This document shows, one piece after another, positions 8,829 through 23,800 of a DNA stretch of 64,000 nucleotides (within the stretch, counting starts at the first letter, position 1; each line of letters opens with the position of its first letter). The notes under the pieces are model-generated. The model had not been told where the DNA came from and did no database searches. It saw nothing but the letters and a program-made list of their open reading frames with translations. This stretch comes from Spirochaetaceae bacterium (GTDB taxonomy: Bacteria > Spirochaetota > Spirochaetia > DSM-2461), in the NCBI GenBank assembly GCA_051531975.1, contig JAOPTT010000003.1:32001-96000 (forward strand). The letters run 5' to 3'. Both the position numbers and the translations under genes were made by a program.

Positions 8829-11800
8829 CTATTTAACTATCAGTACTTTTCTAGATTCATTGATATCTGGAGCTATAACTTTAATAAAATAGATTCCTCT
8901 AGCTACTGCTTTTCCTGAGTTATTTTTACCATCCCATTGATATCTGTAAGTTCCTGCAGAAAGTCTACCTTTTTGTAAGTTTGTAATAACAGTTCCATCT
9001 AATGAAAATACTGAAATTGTGGACATACCTGGTTTATCTTGCTCTACATAAATCTCAGTTTTTTGATCATCTAGAGGATTAATAACATTATTAACAATAG
9101 TTACCCCACCTCTTTGGGTTTTTAATGAATCTAGATCAAACTCCCAAGGAACTAGATCTGTAAGATATGACCCACCTTCTGGTAGAGCTACACAGTAAAG
9201 ATCTTCTGCTGCTGCTAACTTATAGATAAATTGGAAAGTACCTCCAACTTCAAGTTCATTATCCAAATTGTCTACAGAGAAAAGTTTATAATCACCATCT
9301 GAACCTGAAGTAGATAACTCTCTGAGATTTAATGTAGTATAGATATAAGTACCAACCATATTATCTGGTAACCACAATCCAGGATTATATACTGAATCTG
9401 TGGTGTCGTAATCTATTGCTGCTGAGAGATCTGTATCGATATCATATAACAATGTCAAACCTAAGCTTTGATTGTTAGATCCATTTATCTCTGTTCCAAT
9501 AACTATATCTTCTGGTATTAATCGGCCTGTACCATCAAAATCTTTTAAACTTCCATCTTCGTTTCTTAATCTGCCATCATAATGCAAGGAGTCATTTCCA
9601 TAAGCTGGAGTAACAAGGCCTAGCCCTAAATCTGTTAATCTTCTTTCATCAGGACCTGTTTCGGTTCCATATTTATCAAATATAGTTAATGTATTTGTAA
9701 CTAATCTAGCAGTAACCATATCGTTTGCAGTTATAGGATTTGCAAAAGTTAATAAGAATTCACTTTTACCAACAGTATCTGTTGCAGTACCTTTTATTGC
9801 TAACACATTTTCGATACTATTTCCCTCACTATATGCTAAAGAGTAACTATCTTTTGTAATTCCGGTTCTAATAGGAATTGTAGGGCTATTTGTATAAATG
9901 TCCTTTGTATACTGGAGATAAACTGTTCTATCATCCACAATACTTAGGCTTAACAGTATCTCTGGTGGAATCCATTGGAATGCATCTAAACTGTTATTTG
10001 AACTTGGCATTAAGTTACCAGCATAATCTGTAGCTCGACCTACAGAGGAATCATAAGTAAGATTCATTAAACTTTTTAATAACCAGTTTTGGCTTTCGTC
10101 TATTTGAAGTGAAAAATAGTTATCATCTGGAGAATTAATCAAAGTTGATACTGGAGCAGGTGTTTTAAGCATATATGTATCTACTGCTGTATTCATTCCA
10201 AGAATAGGTGTACTAATTCTAGAAGCATCTCCAATAACACCCATTGCATAAGCTCCGGAGTTACCCATAAATGTATTTTCTCTAAGACCACCTATTGGGT
10301 CTGGTCTTGTAGCTGTAGTAGGTGTTCCTTTATCCCAACCAGTCCAAGATATCCAGAAAGGTTGCATTATATGATCATCAAGAACATGAAAATTTATTTC
10401 ATCTACAATTCTGTTTCCTACAATTAAATTATAGTCTAAGTAATAAATCTCATATACTTCGGTAATGTCACCATTTTCTAGTACCTGTTTAGAGAAATAT
10501 GGAGGAAAAACATCCCAACCTGTTCCCCCAATAAACCCTGGGGTTTTATAATAAGCATCATAATTAGGAGTAGAGGATTCTAAAGAGTTACCGGCACTAT
10601 CTGTAATATCAGCATTCCCAGGAACTGTAATAACTCTGGTAGAACCATCTGTTAACTGAGTAATTAACTCTGCATCAGTCTGTTCTGCTAATAAATCTAC
10701 TTGCTCTAAGTTAAAGTTATTTCTATGGAATAGAGCACTCGGACTTGTTATTTTATTATATGTATCTATATTGGTTGCTATGCTACCTAAATAACCGGGC
10801 CAAATTCCAGTATTTTGATACGCAACTACATTAATTCTAAGTTGATTTGCAGCAGTACTATAAATAGTGTTTGAATTAGCTGTTCCATCAAATGATCCTG
10901 AAGAATAGTTCCCTGGATATGAGAATAGACCTACAACATCAACATTGGCACCATTTTCCTCAATATATCCTAAATCTCCACCATAAGTACCAAAGGCATA
11001 TCCACTGCTTCGACTATTAACAACAGGGAAAGTACTAAAAGGTCCACCTGAAACATCGTAGGATACATCTTCTGAAAATGTTATGTCGAAATAATTATGA
11101 CCATCGAAGGTATCGGCTGTTCCTGTGGCATGTGTACTAGCTAAGATTTGAGTTATTGCTGGTTTAGCACCATCAAGTATACCTGTGATCTTACTACCTA
11201 TAGGATAGTGTTTAACTCTATTTTTATTTGTATCAATTAAGGTATAAAAAACAGTCAAAGAATTACTTGATGCTACTAAATTTGGAATTGTTGTTCTAGT
11301 TACAGCAGCAACACCTGATCGACCACGATCCGTTCCTGTTCCTGCAGAGAGACCTGTTGCATCAGTATTCCATCGGTAAGTTGGGGAATTTTCAACTCTC
11401 AAATAAAAGAGAGCGATATCCCCTGCCCCATCTGTTGTTATGGTACATTCTGGATCAGTATATGAAGCTAGATCTCCAGTATTAATTGCATTATCAAAAA
11501 CTCCAATTAACCCAGTCGCAAGGGCTGCAGAAATCTCATTATTACTGTTTTCAAATGCCCCACTAACTAGGTTTATCAAAATAACATCATCATACATAGT
11601 TTTAAGGCCAGTAGCAGTTAAATCAAAATCTGGTTCTGTAATTTCCCAATTAGAAGAATTCACATCTGGAATCACAGATATTAACGACGCTATATTAAAG
11701 TTTGCTGTACCCCACTGAACATTCATATTGTAAGCCTCTGCAAAGGCAGTTGTTGCATTATCATTATTAGGGATATTTAAGTTCCAGTTTGCTGTAGCAG

Positions 11801-14800
11801 ACATATCGGTTCCATTATTGTAGAAGTTATTAGTAACAGAAATAACTGAGGAATCTAAATTAGTGTAAGCACCTGAATATGCTCCAGGAAAAACAAACCC
11901 AGGGTTATATCCACTTATAAAGTCTGTTAATAGTCCGGTATTTATAGTTGCTACTCTATCTGCATGATTATATGCAAAAGCTCCAACTACACCAGTGGTG
12001 CCATCATCTATATTGTACCCAGCTCCAAGTAGAACCATATCCATATTAACAGTTAAATTATTACCATTTAGATCAATTATTCCACCATATAGAACTAGAT
12101 TATCTAACGTTATATCGTTGTTTATACTAATTGTATCACCATCTAAAAATAGGTGTACATCATTAAAAGTTAAGGCACTATTAGTAAATGTTAAGTTTTC
12201 TATACCATAAATATATGTGGTACCAACTGTGGTCATATTCCCAGTTGTAAATGTTTTTGCCAAAGTTGAATTATCAATAAATAGTCCACCAGTTGTGGTT
12301 TGATCACCAGCATCTAAAGTTACAATACCAGTCACATTATACAAAGCACCTTCTAATAATATAATACCGTTTGCAACAGGTGTATTAATATCAAAGTTAC
12401 CAGTTATTCCAGTAACACCAGATAAATCGGCCCGTGAAGAATCAACAGTTACTGATGTTAGAGCTGTAGTACCACCAATTATCCCATTAAAATCTACATA
12501 ACCAGTACCAGCATTAACAACAAAGGCAAAGCCACCATTTATTGTAGAACCAAATGTTAAATCTCTATTTGATCCAGAAGTATCTATGGATACTGCAGAG
12601 CTAGAAAGAGTTATATCTTCAGTAAAAGTTAAATCAGAACCAGATGTTATAGTTATTCCTTGTATATCTACAGCTCCAGTAATTGTTGCTAAGGCTGTTG
12701 TAGTTTCGATACCTACATTAGCTTGGAATATAATATTATCAGCATCAATAGAGAGTGGAACTGAAGCTGCGGAATTAATTCCTATATTTGTTAAAACTCC
12801 CGCAAATGTAACCGTTTTACCAACACCACTAGCAGTTACATCTAGATCATCAGTATCTACTGAGCCATTAAATGTAATATCACCAGTTGTAGATAATAGA
12901 GTTAAATCCTGACTTACTATGTTCCCAGAAAACAATATATCTCCACTAACCGTTGGTACTGTTAAATTATTGATATTTAAATTATTAGTAAATGTAATAT
13001 TTCCAGCTGAACTACTAACACTTAGGTTAGATGCACCTGTTACTGTTCCAGAGAAAGTAATATTTCCAGCAGTAGATGTAGTAAAATTATTTGATAAAAC
13101 TACATTCCCAGTAAAAAATAGGTCTGCTGTTGTAGCATTATTAAAATCAATAAATGATGATGTTAACGGTGTTTGATGAACATTGATATTTCCTGTTGTC
13201 CCCGTAACAGTTCCTGTTAATAAGTTATTACCATATAATTCTAAATTATCAGCATCAAGAGCCAGAATGTTATTTATTGAAAGATTACCCTGAACAGTTA
13301 GGTTTTCGTCTACTGTTAAGGTTGTTCCACCAGTTGAACTTAAATTGTAAAACTCAAAATCAGCCCCTGTTGTTATAGTCTGAGTTGAATTAAAAATAAC
13401 TGTAGAAGTATCATGAGTAAAGTTCTGGATTGTCCAAGAACCACCTAGGTTTATTGTATTATTAGCTGCAATTAAAATACCAGTTCCAGTAAGATCTGTA
13501 TTTACAGTTATATTGTCACCTAACGTTGTGGTTCCAGTTACATTTAAAGTTCCAAATGTTGCAGTTCCTGTTCCAGTAATATCAGCAGTAGCACTTGTTA
13601 AATTAACTGTTACAGCACCAGGAGTCAGTATTCCATCGATAACTATATCTTCACCAATTGTTAAATCAGCATTTTGATTAATTGTTCCAGTTCCATTTAT
13701 AGTTACATTATTAATTACATCTATAGTAGCATTCTGAGTGAGAGTTCCATCTACTGTAAGATCATTTGCAATAATTGTAGCTGTTCCTAAAGTCTTTGTA
13801 CCACTTAAAACTTCTAAGTTATAATAGTCTGTTCCTCCACCATAATCCTCAATAGCTCCAGCACCTGTAATATACCTAACAATTCCTGAATTAATGTCGG
13901 TTTTAGTTATACTTTCACCGCCAGCACCAGTACGAATAAAAGTACCAAGATTATCTAAAGTGTTATTAATAGTTAATACATTACCAGCAATTGTTAAAGC
14001 GGAATTTACATTATTAAGGGTAAGATTATTTACAAAGGCATCTGTAGTCAATACAGGGTCTGTCGTCACATCACCAATTACAACATTATTACTAAATGTA
14101 GGTACACTTTGAGGAGTCCAGTTGCTAGCATCCTCCCAATTTGAATCAGTGCTACCATCCCAAGTAATTGTAGTGACAGTAAATATCCAGTAACCGGCAG
14201 CTCCTGTAATATCATTATTTCCACTATTTAAACTATTATTACCAGCATTAATATTTACTGTTCCAGTAATATCACTATCACTAACCGATATAAACGTAAC
14301 ACTATTAGTTCCTGTATTATCAATATTCCATTTAGTACCTGGTATTGAACTCTCCAAAGTTATTAAATTACCTGCAGAACCATTTATAGTTAAAGTTGCA
14401 ACAGTCTGTGTAGATCCTGCCTCAAAGGTTATTGTTTTACTTCCTGTAGTAGATGTTAATGCATTAAAAGTATTACTACCTGTAATATTAGCCGTGGTAG
14501 TTGAATTTAAGAAAACAGTCCCTGTAGATGCTGTAAATGTTCCTGTATTATTCCAATTTCTTGCGACTGTAATATCCTGGGTACCATCGGTTAAATTACC
14601 ACTTATGTTTATATCGTTTAATATAATTATAGCTGCACTTAAAGTAATGGCACCAGAAATATTTAGGGTATTAAATGTTTGAGTTCCAGCACTATTAATA
14701 GCCGAAGTTCCAGTTAAGTCTATTATCCCATTTGTTGCAGTTCCGTGGGGTGTATGAGTTGCAATTCCCCAATCCCCTGCGACTGTAACAGTATTTATTC

Positions 14801-17800
14801 CAGAAGTTAACGTTCCAGTTCCCGTTAAATCTCCAGCTATACTTATATCAACATTAACAGTATCTAATTCTGCTGTTGTTAATGCTGTTCCAATTGTCAC
14901 ATTATTTACAACAATACCTGTAGATGGCTGAAGTGTTAAAGTTACACCATCATCTACATCAATATCAAACAATGTATGCCCAGTTGCAGATGTTAAGGTA
15001 CCTGAAATGGTTGTATATGTCATTGTTCCTGAAGTTGTGGGTGCTATCCATGCTCCTGAAAATCCAGAGTCGTCCCAGCTATTACTTATATCAAAGCTAA
15101 TATCATCAATATCTATTGTACCAAAAGCCCCAGTAAAATCAATGTTTGCAGCTGAGATTGTAGAAGCTACAGTAGAAGACAATATAGAAGCCGCTCCAGA
15201 AGTATTTGATATAAATAGATCAGCACAAGTTAAACTACCACCTGATAGTATTAAACGGCCTAAAGTAGAAATAGTAAGGTCATTTACACCACTATTTATG
15301 CTACCAGTAGTTGGTAATGTTATTATTCCACCTGTTAGAGTATTTGAAACTCCACCAAGAGTTAAAGCAAAAACTCCAGTAGTTAATGAGCCCCCTGTTA
15401 AACTAAAACTACCTGTAGTTGTTGAATCACCAGTCATAGTAATCGCACCAGTAACTAATAGATTAAAAAGCTCGATACTTTTTAAATTACCTCCAGTTAA
15501 AGTTATTGTTTGATTTGTACCAATAAACTGAGCATTGGCTTCCACAGGTACCTCAAAACCAGCTGCTGTTATATTTGCATTGTTTGTATCAGCATTAAAT
15601 ACACCCTGGGTTAAGGTTATTGCACCAGATGTTAGATCCCCGGTCAGTGTTAATATATCTGCTGTAGTATCTTTATTTATATTTATGACACCATATATAT
15701 GAGCATTTGTTGTAAAAGTAATATCTACTGCTCCGTCAAATGTTAGAGTTCCACCAGTACTTGTATAATTTGTAACATTTAAGTCTCCTGCAACAGTAAA
15801 ACCATCGATAGCTACACCTGTATTTGGGCTTGTAAAGTCATTTACAGTTACATTTCCGTCTATATTAAGTTTATTGACCCCTGTTATAGCAGAAGAATTA
15901 AATACACCGGTACCAGTTAAGTTTCCACCTATAGTGAGTAAATTATCACCAGTAATTAAAGTTGCTGTTGCTGTAGGTCCTACTGTTACATTATTTACAG
16001 TAATACCAGTTGAAGCCAACATTGTTAAAGTTACACCATCATCTACAATAATATTATATAAATCATGAAGTGCTTTAGAAGTTAAGGTTCCTGGATCTGT
16101 TGTAAATGTAATATCCCCAGATGTTGTTGGTGCTGTCCATGTTCCTGAAAATGCAGAATCATCCCAGCTACTACTAATATCAAAGCTAATATCATCAATA
16201 TCTATAGTTCCAAAAGCCCCAGTATAATCTATGTTTGCTGCTGATATTGTAGAAGCTGCAGTTGAAGACAGTATAGAAGCTGTACCAGATGTATTTGATA
16301 TAAATAGATCAGCACCAGTTAAGCTACCACCAGATAAAATCAGACTACCTAGTGTAGAAACTGTAAAATCATTAACTCCACTATCTATAGTTCCAGTTGT
16401 TGGAATTGTTATAGTTCCACCTGTTAAAGTATTAGATGCCCCACCTAATATCAGATTAAAAACTCCAGTAGTTAAAGTTCCACCTGTTTGACTAAAACTT
16501 CCAGCAGTAGTTGAATCACCAGTAATAGTTACAGCACCAGTAACTAAAAGATTAAATAGCTCAATACTTTTTAGGTTACCGCCAGTTAAAGTTATTGTTT
16601 GATTTGTACCAATAAACTGAGCATTGGCTTCGCTAGGAACTTCAAAACCAGCGGCAGTTATATCTGCATTATTTGTATCAGCATTTAGAACACCCTGGGT
16701 TAAAGTTATAGCCCCGGATGTTAGAACTCCGGTCAGTGTTAATATATCTGCGGTTGTATCTTTATTTATATTTATGACACCATAGGTATGGGCATTTGTT
16801 GTAAAAATAGTATCTGCCGCTCCATCAAATGTTAAAGTTCCACCAGTACTAGTATAGGTTGTAACATTAAAGTCCCCAGCTACTGTAAAACCAGTAATAG
16901 AAACTCCAGTATTTGGACTTGTAAAATTGGTAACAGTAACATTACCATCAATATTTAAGATATTAGCTCCGGTAATACCAGAGGAATCAAAGATACCAGC
17001 TCCTGTTAAATTACCAGTAATTGCTGTAGAGAAGTTATCAGTTATAAAAGTTCCTACAGGAATTGTTAGATTCCCAACATTTACTAATGGATCTAAAAGT
17101 GTGACAGTATCAACATTTAAATCTTTAGATATCTGAATATTACCTAAACCCTGACCATTAGACATTATAGTTGTATTTGCAGCACCATCAAACTCTAAAG
17201 TTCCACCTGTACTAGTATAATTTGCAACGTCCCAGTTACCTGCAACAGTAAAACCATCGGCTGTTACACCTGTATTTGTACTAACAAAATTATCTACTGT
17301 AACATTTCCATCAATATTTAACTGTTGACCTGTAGTCATTGCCGAGGAGTTAAAAATACCTGCTCCACTAAGTATTCCTGTTATAGCTGTTGAAAAATCA
17401 CCAGTGATGAATGTTCCTTGGACAATAGTTACATTTCCAGCACTAACTAGTGTATCTAAGAGTGTTACAGTATCCCCAATTAAATCTTTAGCTATCTGAA
17501 TATTAGCTAAAGCCTGTCCATTTGAAGTAATAGTAGTATCTGTGCCACCATCAAACTCTAAGGTTCCACCAGTACTAGTATAATTTGCAACATCCCAGTT
17601 ACCTGCTACAGTAAAACCATCGACTGCTACACCTGTATTTGTACTAACAAAATTATCAATAGTGACATAACTATCAATATTTAACTTATTGGCTCCAGTA
17701 ATAGATGAGGAATCAAATATACCTGCCCCGGTTAAATAACCTGATATTGCAGTAGAGTTATCTCCCGTATTTAAATTTCCTGCAGTAATCGTTACATTCC

Positions 17801-20800
17801 CTGCATTCACTATTGGATCTAAAATATTAACGATATCAGTATTTGCAGATTTAGATATTAAAATATTACCTAGGGACTGCCCATTTGAAGTTATAGAAGT
17901 AGGAGTTGTTGTACCATCTAATGTTAATGTTTCACCTGTATATGTATAATTTGTTACATTCCAGTCCCCTGCAACAGTAAAACCACCAGCACTAAAAGCT
18001 GGATTAATTAATGATGATAAAGAGATATCCCCATCTATATTCAGACTCTTAGTCCCAGTAACCATAGCTACTGTATCTAATGTTCCAGTTCCGGTTAAAT
18101 CCCCAGTTATAGAAATTGAAAAATCTAATGACTCTAACTCTGCAGTTGTAATTACCATATCCCCAGTAATAGCTAGGTCTGCACCTAACCTAAAGGTATC
18201 ATCTCCAGTAAAAGTTAAATTTGTATATGCATTTCCTAAGTTAAGACCTGTAAGTATATTAACACCAACTGTGCCATAATATGTTGTAGTTCCAGAAAGT
18301 GTAGATGTTGTTACGGTATAGGTCTCAGACCCTTCTAACATAATTCCACCATTGGCACTTTGTATAACTGTAGGAGATGTTAAGTTAAAGCCCTTTAAGT
18401 CCAAAACACCACTTGTTATTGTTAATGTACCACCAGCATTTAAAACTAAATTATTACCCAGCTCCCAGATATCATTAAAACCTGTAGTATCTTGGAATTC
18501 AAGATCATAATATGTATATCCTAAAGGTAAACTTGTAGCTATTGTAACTCCAGCATTTGCAAACCCATAATATACAACAGAACCAGCTAATGTAGTTGTT
18601 GTAGCGGTGTATGTCTCGTCACCATTTAGTCTTATCTCACCACCAGCATTTAGATTCAATGTTGTTAATGCTAAATCTGCACCATTAAAATCTAAGATTG
18701 CACCTGTTTCAATTGTTAATTCATCCAATGTTAAACCACTTGCTAATAATTCAGGCCAGTTTGTAGCATTCCCAGCAGGAGTAGTTGGTATAAGTACATC
18801 ATATGTCGCGTTATTTGGAACAACTCCTGTATCCCAGTTAGCAATATCACTCCATAAACCAGCGGCACCACCACCAGTCCAGGTAAATGTTGATACAAAA
18901 ACCCATAGAGGGTTAGTTCCAGTAGTTTTATTATTACTTATATCATTACAATCGGTATCGCTAACAGTTATGTCATTTCCACCTAATAAGAAACTATCCT
19001 GTAAGTTCATATTATTAATAGATGCTGATGTAACAGACATATTCCAACTGCTACCTGGAATTGTACTAAAAAGATCAATTTTATTTGTACTTCCAGTAAT
19101 TGTTAATGTAGTAATGGTTTGGGTAGCACCAGCAGTAAACCTTATAGTTTTATCGTCAGTTACAGAACTTAATACATTAAAAGTATTTGATCCTGTTATT
19201 ACAGTAGTTTTTGAAATATCATCTATTGAGACCTCACCAGTTTGTGCTGTAAAAGTTCCACCATTGTTATTAAATGAACCTGAAAGAGTTAAGATTCCAC
19301 TCCCAGCAGAAAGAGATCCACTATTTAAGTTTAGATCGTTTTTAATACTATTACTTGTAGTTCCAAAATCTAAAATTCCTTGATTTAAAAACAGGTCATT
19401 ATCTATAACTATATCTGAACTTAAATTAACTTGATCAATACTTGTATCTTTATTTATATCTAAATCATAAAAAGTAAAAGCTCCAGTAATAGTCGAATCA
19501 AGGCCACCAGAAAAAGATATAGTTTTAGAACCATGTGTAAATATACCTGCAGTTAAAGTTAAATCTCCTGCTATATCTAAATTATCTGCTGCTGTTACAG
19601 TTACACCATTAATAACAAGATTAAAATAATCCACACCTGAATAATCTTGAATTGTAGTAGTTCCACCATATTCTACTGTTCCAGAATCTATATCTGTTTT
19701 CGAAATATTTTGAGAAGCAACTCCAGATCGAACTAATGTACCTGTTGCCTGAATATCTAAGGAGCCATCTATTTCAAGATCAAATGTTGATGTATCTAGT
19801 GTAGCTCCTGCTAAAATTGTTAAGTTATTTGTAATTGAATTTGAGGTTAATACAGGAGGAGTACCTGCAGTTGTAATTATTACAGTATCAATAATAGTTG
19901 GAACTTGATTATTATCCCAGTTTGCAGCAACATCCCAGTTTGTAGAATCACCACCGTCATCCCCTTCCCATGTAAGTATTACAGGAGTAACATCTATCCA
20001 ATGAACTGATCCAATTGGTGTACCAGACAGGGTTTCATCAGTATTGGCATCAAAAATACTATCTGAAGCATTTATATCACTTCCTAAATCATCAACCTGC
20101 CCATAAAAAATCGAGACATATGAAACCTGAGCTACTGATCCCTTAAGGTTTTTAAAATTCCAGTCTGCATTTGCTGTTCCTCTTAATACTATTCTGGTTC
20201 CAATAGCGTCACCATCAATATCTAAGTCGTAAAAACTTTGTGTAGTTCCTGTAGTAAATTCTAATATTTTATCTGGTGTATTAGCTGTATCAATGCTTCT
20301 TAAAATATTAAATACAGTATTACCAGAAATTACCGAGATCTCAGCATCATCTAAAAACTCAACTATTCCAGTATCTCTATTAAAAGTCCCAGATGTATTA
20401 TTCCAGTCTTTCTTTACAGCAAGGGTAGATGTACCTCCGTTAACAGTACCCAATAAATCTATAGAATAAACTATAATATCCCCAGCTAAGGATAATGTAG
20501 CACCATTGGAGACCTCTATATTATAAAAAGTTACATCGTTTTGAATAGTAGAATTACCCTGAAAATAAACCTTGTTTGTTCCTGTTGTAAAACTAGCACC
20601 AGACCCCTGAGACCAATCTCCATAGATATTAATATCGTTACCATTACTATCTAATATACCGTCAGATATATTTATCTCACCAGCAACCGTTAAACCACTT
20701 AGAATAGTTTTTGTCCCTGACCCGCTCAATTTAAGGTTAAAATAATCTGTAGTTCCAAAATCACGAATATCCATATCTGAAGAATCACTATATTCAACTG

Positions 20801-23800
20801 TTCCAGAGTCAATATCATTAACAATAGTTAAAGCACTATCAGATATTTTAAGTGTACCTTCATTATTAAAGTTATCCGGATTTAATACAGTAGTACCTGA
20901 TATTTCGACTGTTGCACCAGAAGAGATATTAAGGTTCTTAACTTCTATATTTCCACTTGTTATATTAGGATAGTTTGTTAAACCACCAGGAATCATAACC
21001 CAGTCACTCGATGTTGGTGGAACTGTAGGATTTAACCTATCTGATGTCATCTCCCAGTTAGTTAATAGATTCCAATTAGTATTAGTTCCACCAGTCCATT
21101 CATAGATATCTCTATGAAATGTCCACTTAGGAGGGCCTACTAATTCGTTCCCACCACCATTTACAGAGTGATATCCAGCGTCAATATCCTGGGAGATCGT
21201 GGAATTACTAACACTTATATAATCAACGACTGAAGTAGTACTATCTAAAATAAATTTATCAAATGATGATGGGCTTAGTGTGATAAACCCTGACTCACTA
21301 CCATTTAAAGTTAAAGTCCCAATTGTTTGGGTCTTTGCGGATTCAAATATAAGAGATTTCCCAGGAGTTATACAAGTTAAGAAGTCAAATGAGTTATCTC
21401 CATAAATAGTTGAAGATTTAGTCCCATCAATAAATTCAACATAGTTAGCTCCAGGAGTAAACACTGAAGTAGGCGATGTTATCCAATCTCCACCAACTTC
21501 TATACCTGTAGAAAGTATTAATGTTGAACCAGCAGAAATCTCTAGGTCGTCAAATGCTGTGACGTTTACTGATATATCAGTAGTACCGTTCAAGGTTACT
21601 TTATTACCGTTAGACTCAAAATCCGATGAGTTTACAAAATTACCAGAAATTGAGATTGGGCTATTTAACGTTAGAACTCCGGTAAGAATATTGATATTCT
21701 GAAATTCCATATTATCCTGAATTGTTAAATCTGCATTAAATTGGATTTCACTATTAGTAGTAGTAGTAATCGCTGTAGGACTATATGATGAAATATCACC
21801 AGCTATTTTTAAATTAAAAGTATCTGGGATATCAAAGGAACCACTTTGTATATCAAGACTTCCACGTATATCAAGGTTGTTAACATGGGAAGAAAGAACC
21901 CCAGAACCTGACATTATAATATTATAGAACTTATTATTACCCCACATTAGAGTTGATATAGCTCCTACTCCATAAAATTCAACAGTACCAGCCCTTTCAT
22001 CAATCATGTTTATTGTCGAACCTAGTGATAATCTTATAGTTCCCTGGTTTATAAGGGTACCTGCGGCTTCAATAGCTAGATCATTACCTGCAAGATCTAA
22101 AATTGCACCCTCATTTATAAATACTGAGTATGCCGCCTCATTTCCTGTAAGAATAGGGTAATTAACTAATCCAGATGGGATTCGAACTTTGTCGTTAACA
22201 GATGCACCTGCAATAGGGACTACATTTGTGCTCCAGTTACCCACTGTAGACCATTCTGAATCCACAGCTCCAGTCCAGTTATTCATAGTGGTAAAACCTG
22301 TCCAATTTATATTATTTCCACCATCTACACTTTGGCTACCTCCAACAGTATCTGCACTTAAAGCAATAGTTGAAGTACTATCGGTGATAAAAAGGTTTCT
22401 TGTAGTAACAGTAGAAGCTCCAGTATCTAAACCCCAGGAATTCCCTGCTAAGCTACTTTTTAAAGTTATCTGTTTTGTACCGTTATTTGATTGTAGTTGT
22501 AGGTTACTAAAAATAGTTTGAGTTTTTCCAGCTTCAAATATAATAGTCTTATCTTGTTGTACACATATTAAAGAGAAAAATGTTGACTCTCCACTTATAT
22601 TTGTAATTATTCTATCATTATCTATTGTTACAACTTGAGATCCATGAATAAATGTTCCACTTTGATTCCAGTCTGCCTCTAATGTAATTGGAGATGCTAG
22701 TGTAAGAGAACCCAGAATTAGTACATCATCAAATACAGGAGTCGACGTACTTGTTAGAGTTGTTGTTCCTGTAAAACTAACTTCGTACCCATTATTGGTA
22801 AAAGCTTCAAATGTAAAATCTCCAGCAATTGATACATCCCCAGAGAGACTAAGTATAGGAGAAGCAACATCTATTAATCCATATGATCCTGCTATATTAA
22901 CGTTGCCAGATGTAGAGATAGTAAGATCACCTCCACTAGAATTTATTAAATCTATACTATTAATTGTACCAACATTAAAATTAGCAATCCCAATATCTAA
23001 ATTACTGCCAGTAGAACCATTCAAAGTTGTAATAATAGAAGATGACCCATTACCAGTAATATCAATATCCGAACCGTTATTTAGATTAACTTCAAAGATA
23101 GAACCAACAGTACTGTTTATTGACAGAAGTGCATTATCAGCATTAACTGTTGAATCACCACCTGTTAAGGTTAAAGAACCGGTAATTAAAAATTCCTTTG
23201 CAGGTTGAACATTAAGAGTAACAGTATCAAATTCGGCACTGCCCACAGTTAAATTCTGTGTTGGACTTAATGATATATTTGAAAACACTAGATTATCAAC
23301 AGTAGAGTCAAACCCAAGGAAAAGGTTCCCACCACTAATATCTAATATCCCTAGAGAGTCTAGTTCGTATAATGTTAGGTTTCCACCGCTAGAGACTATG
23401 GAACCACCACCTGAAACCTTACCAGTTCCTGAAGTAGTATAAACAACATTTAAGCTATTACCAGCAGTATCTAAAATTGCACCTGTTCTAATTTCTAAAC
23501 TTTTTAAGTTTGGAGTATCGGTTGCTAAAATAGGATTATTTGTAGTACTAGGGATGATTATATTTTGAGCCGCTACTGGAACAGATCCTAAACTCCAGTT
23601 ACCTATAGTATCCCAATCAGTATCCACGGAACCGTACCAAATGTTTGTACTAGGATCTACAATCGTTATTACTTTATCATCTAAAAGTGAATAAGTGGTA
23701 CCTCCATCAACAGAAACAAGAAGTTTCCCTGATGCTTCAACTGTACTTGAAATAAGCTCAATACCATCTATAGTTAATAACCTTCCGTCATCAAAATCTG

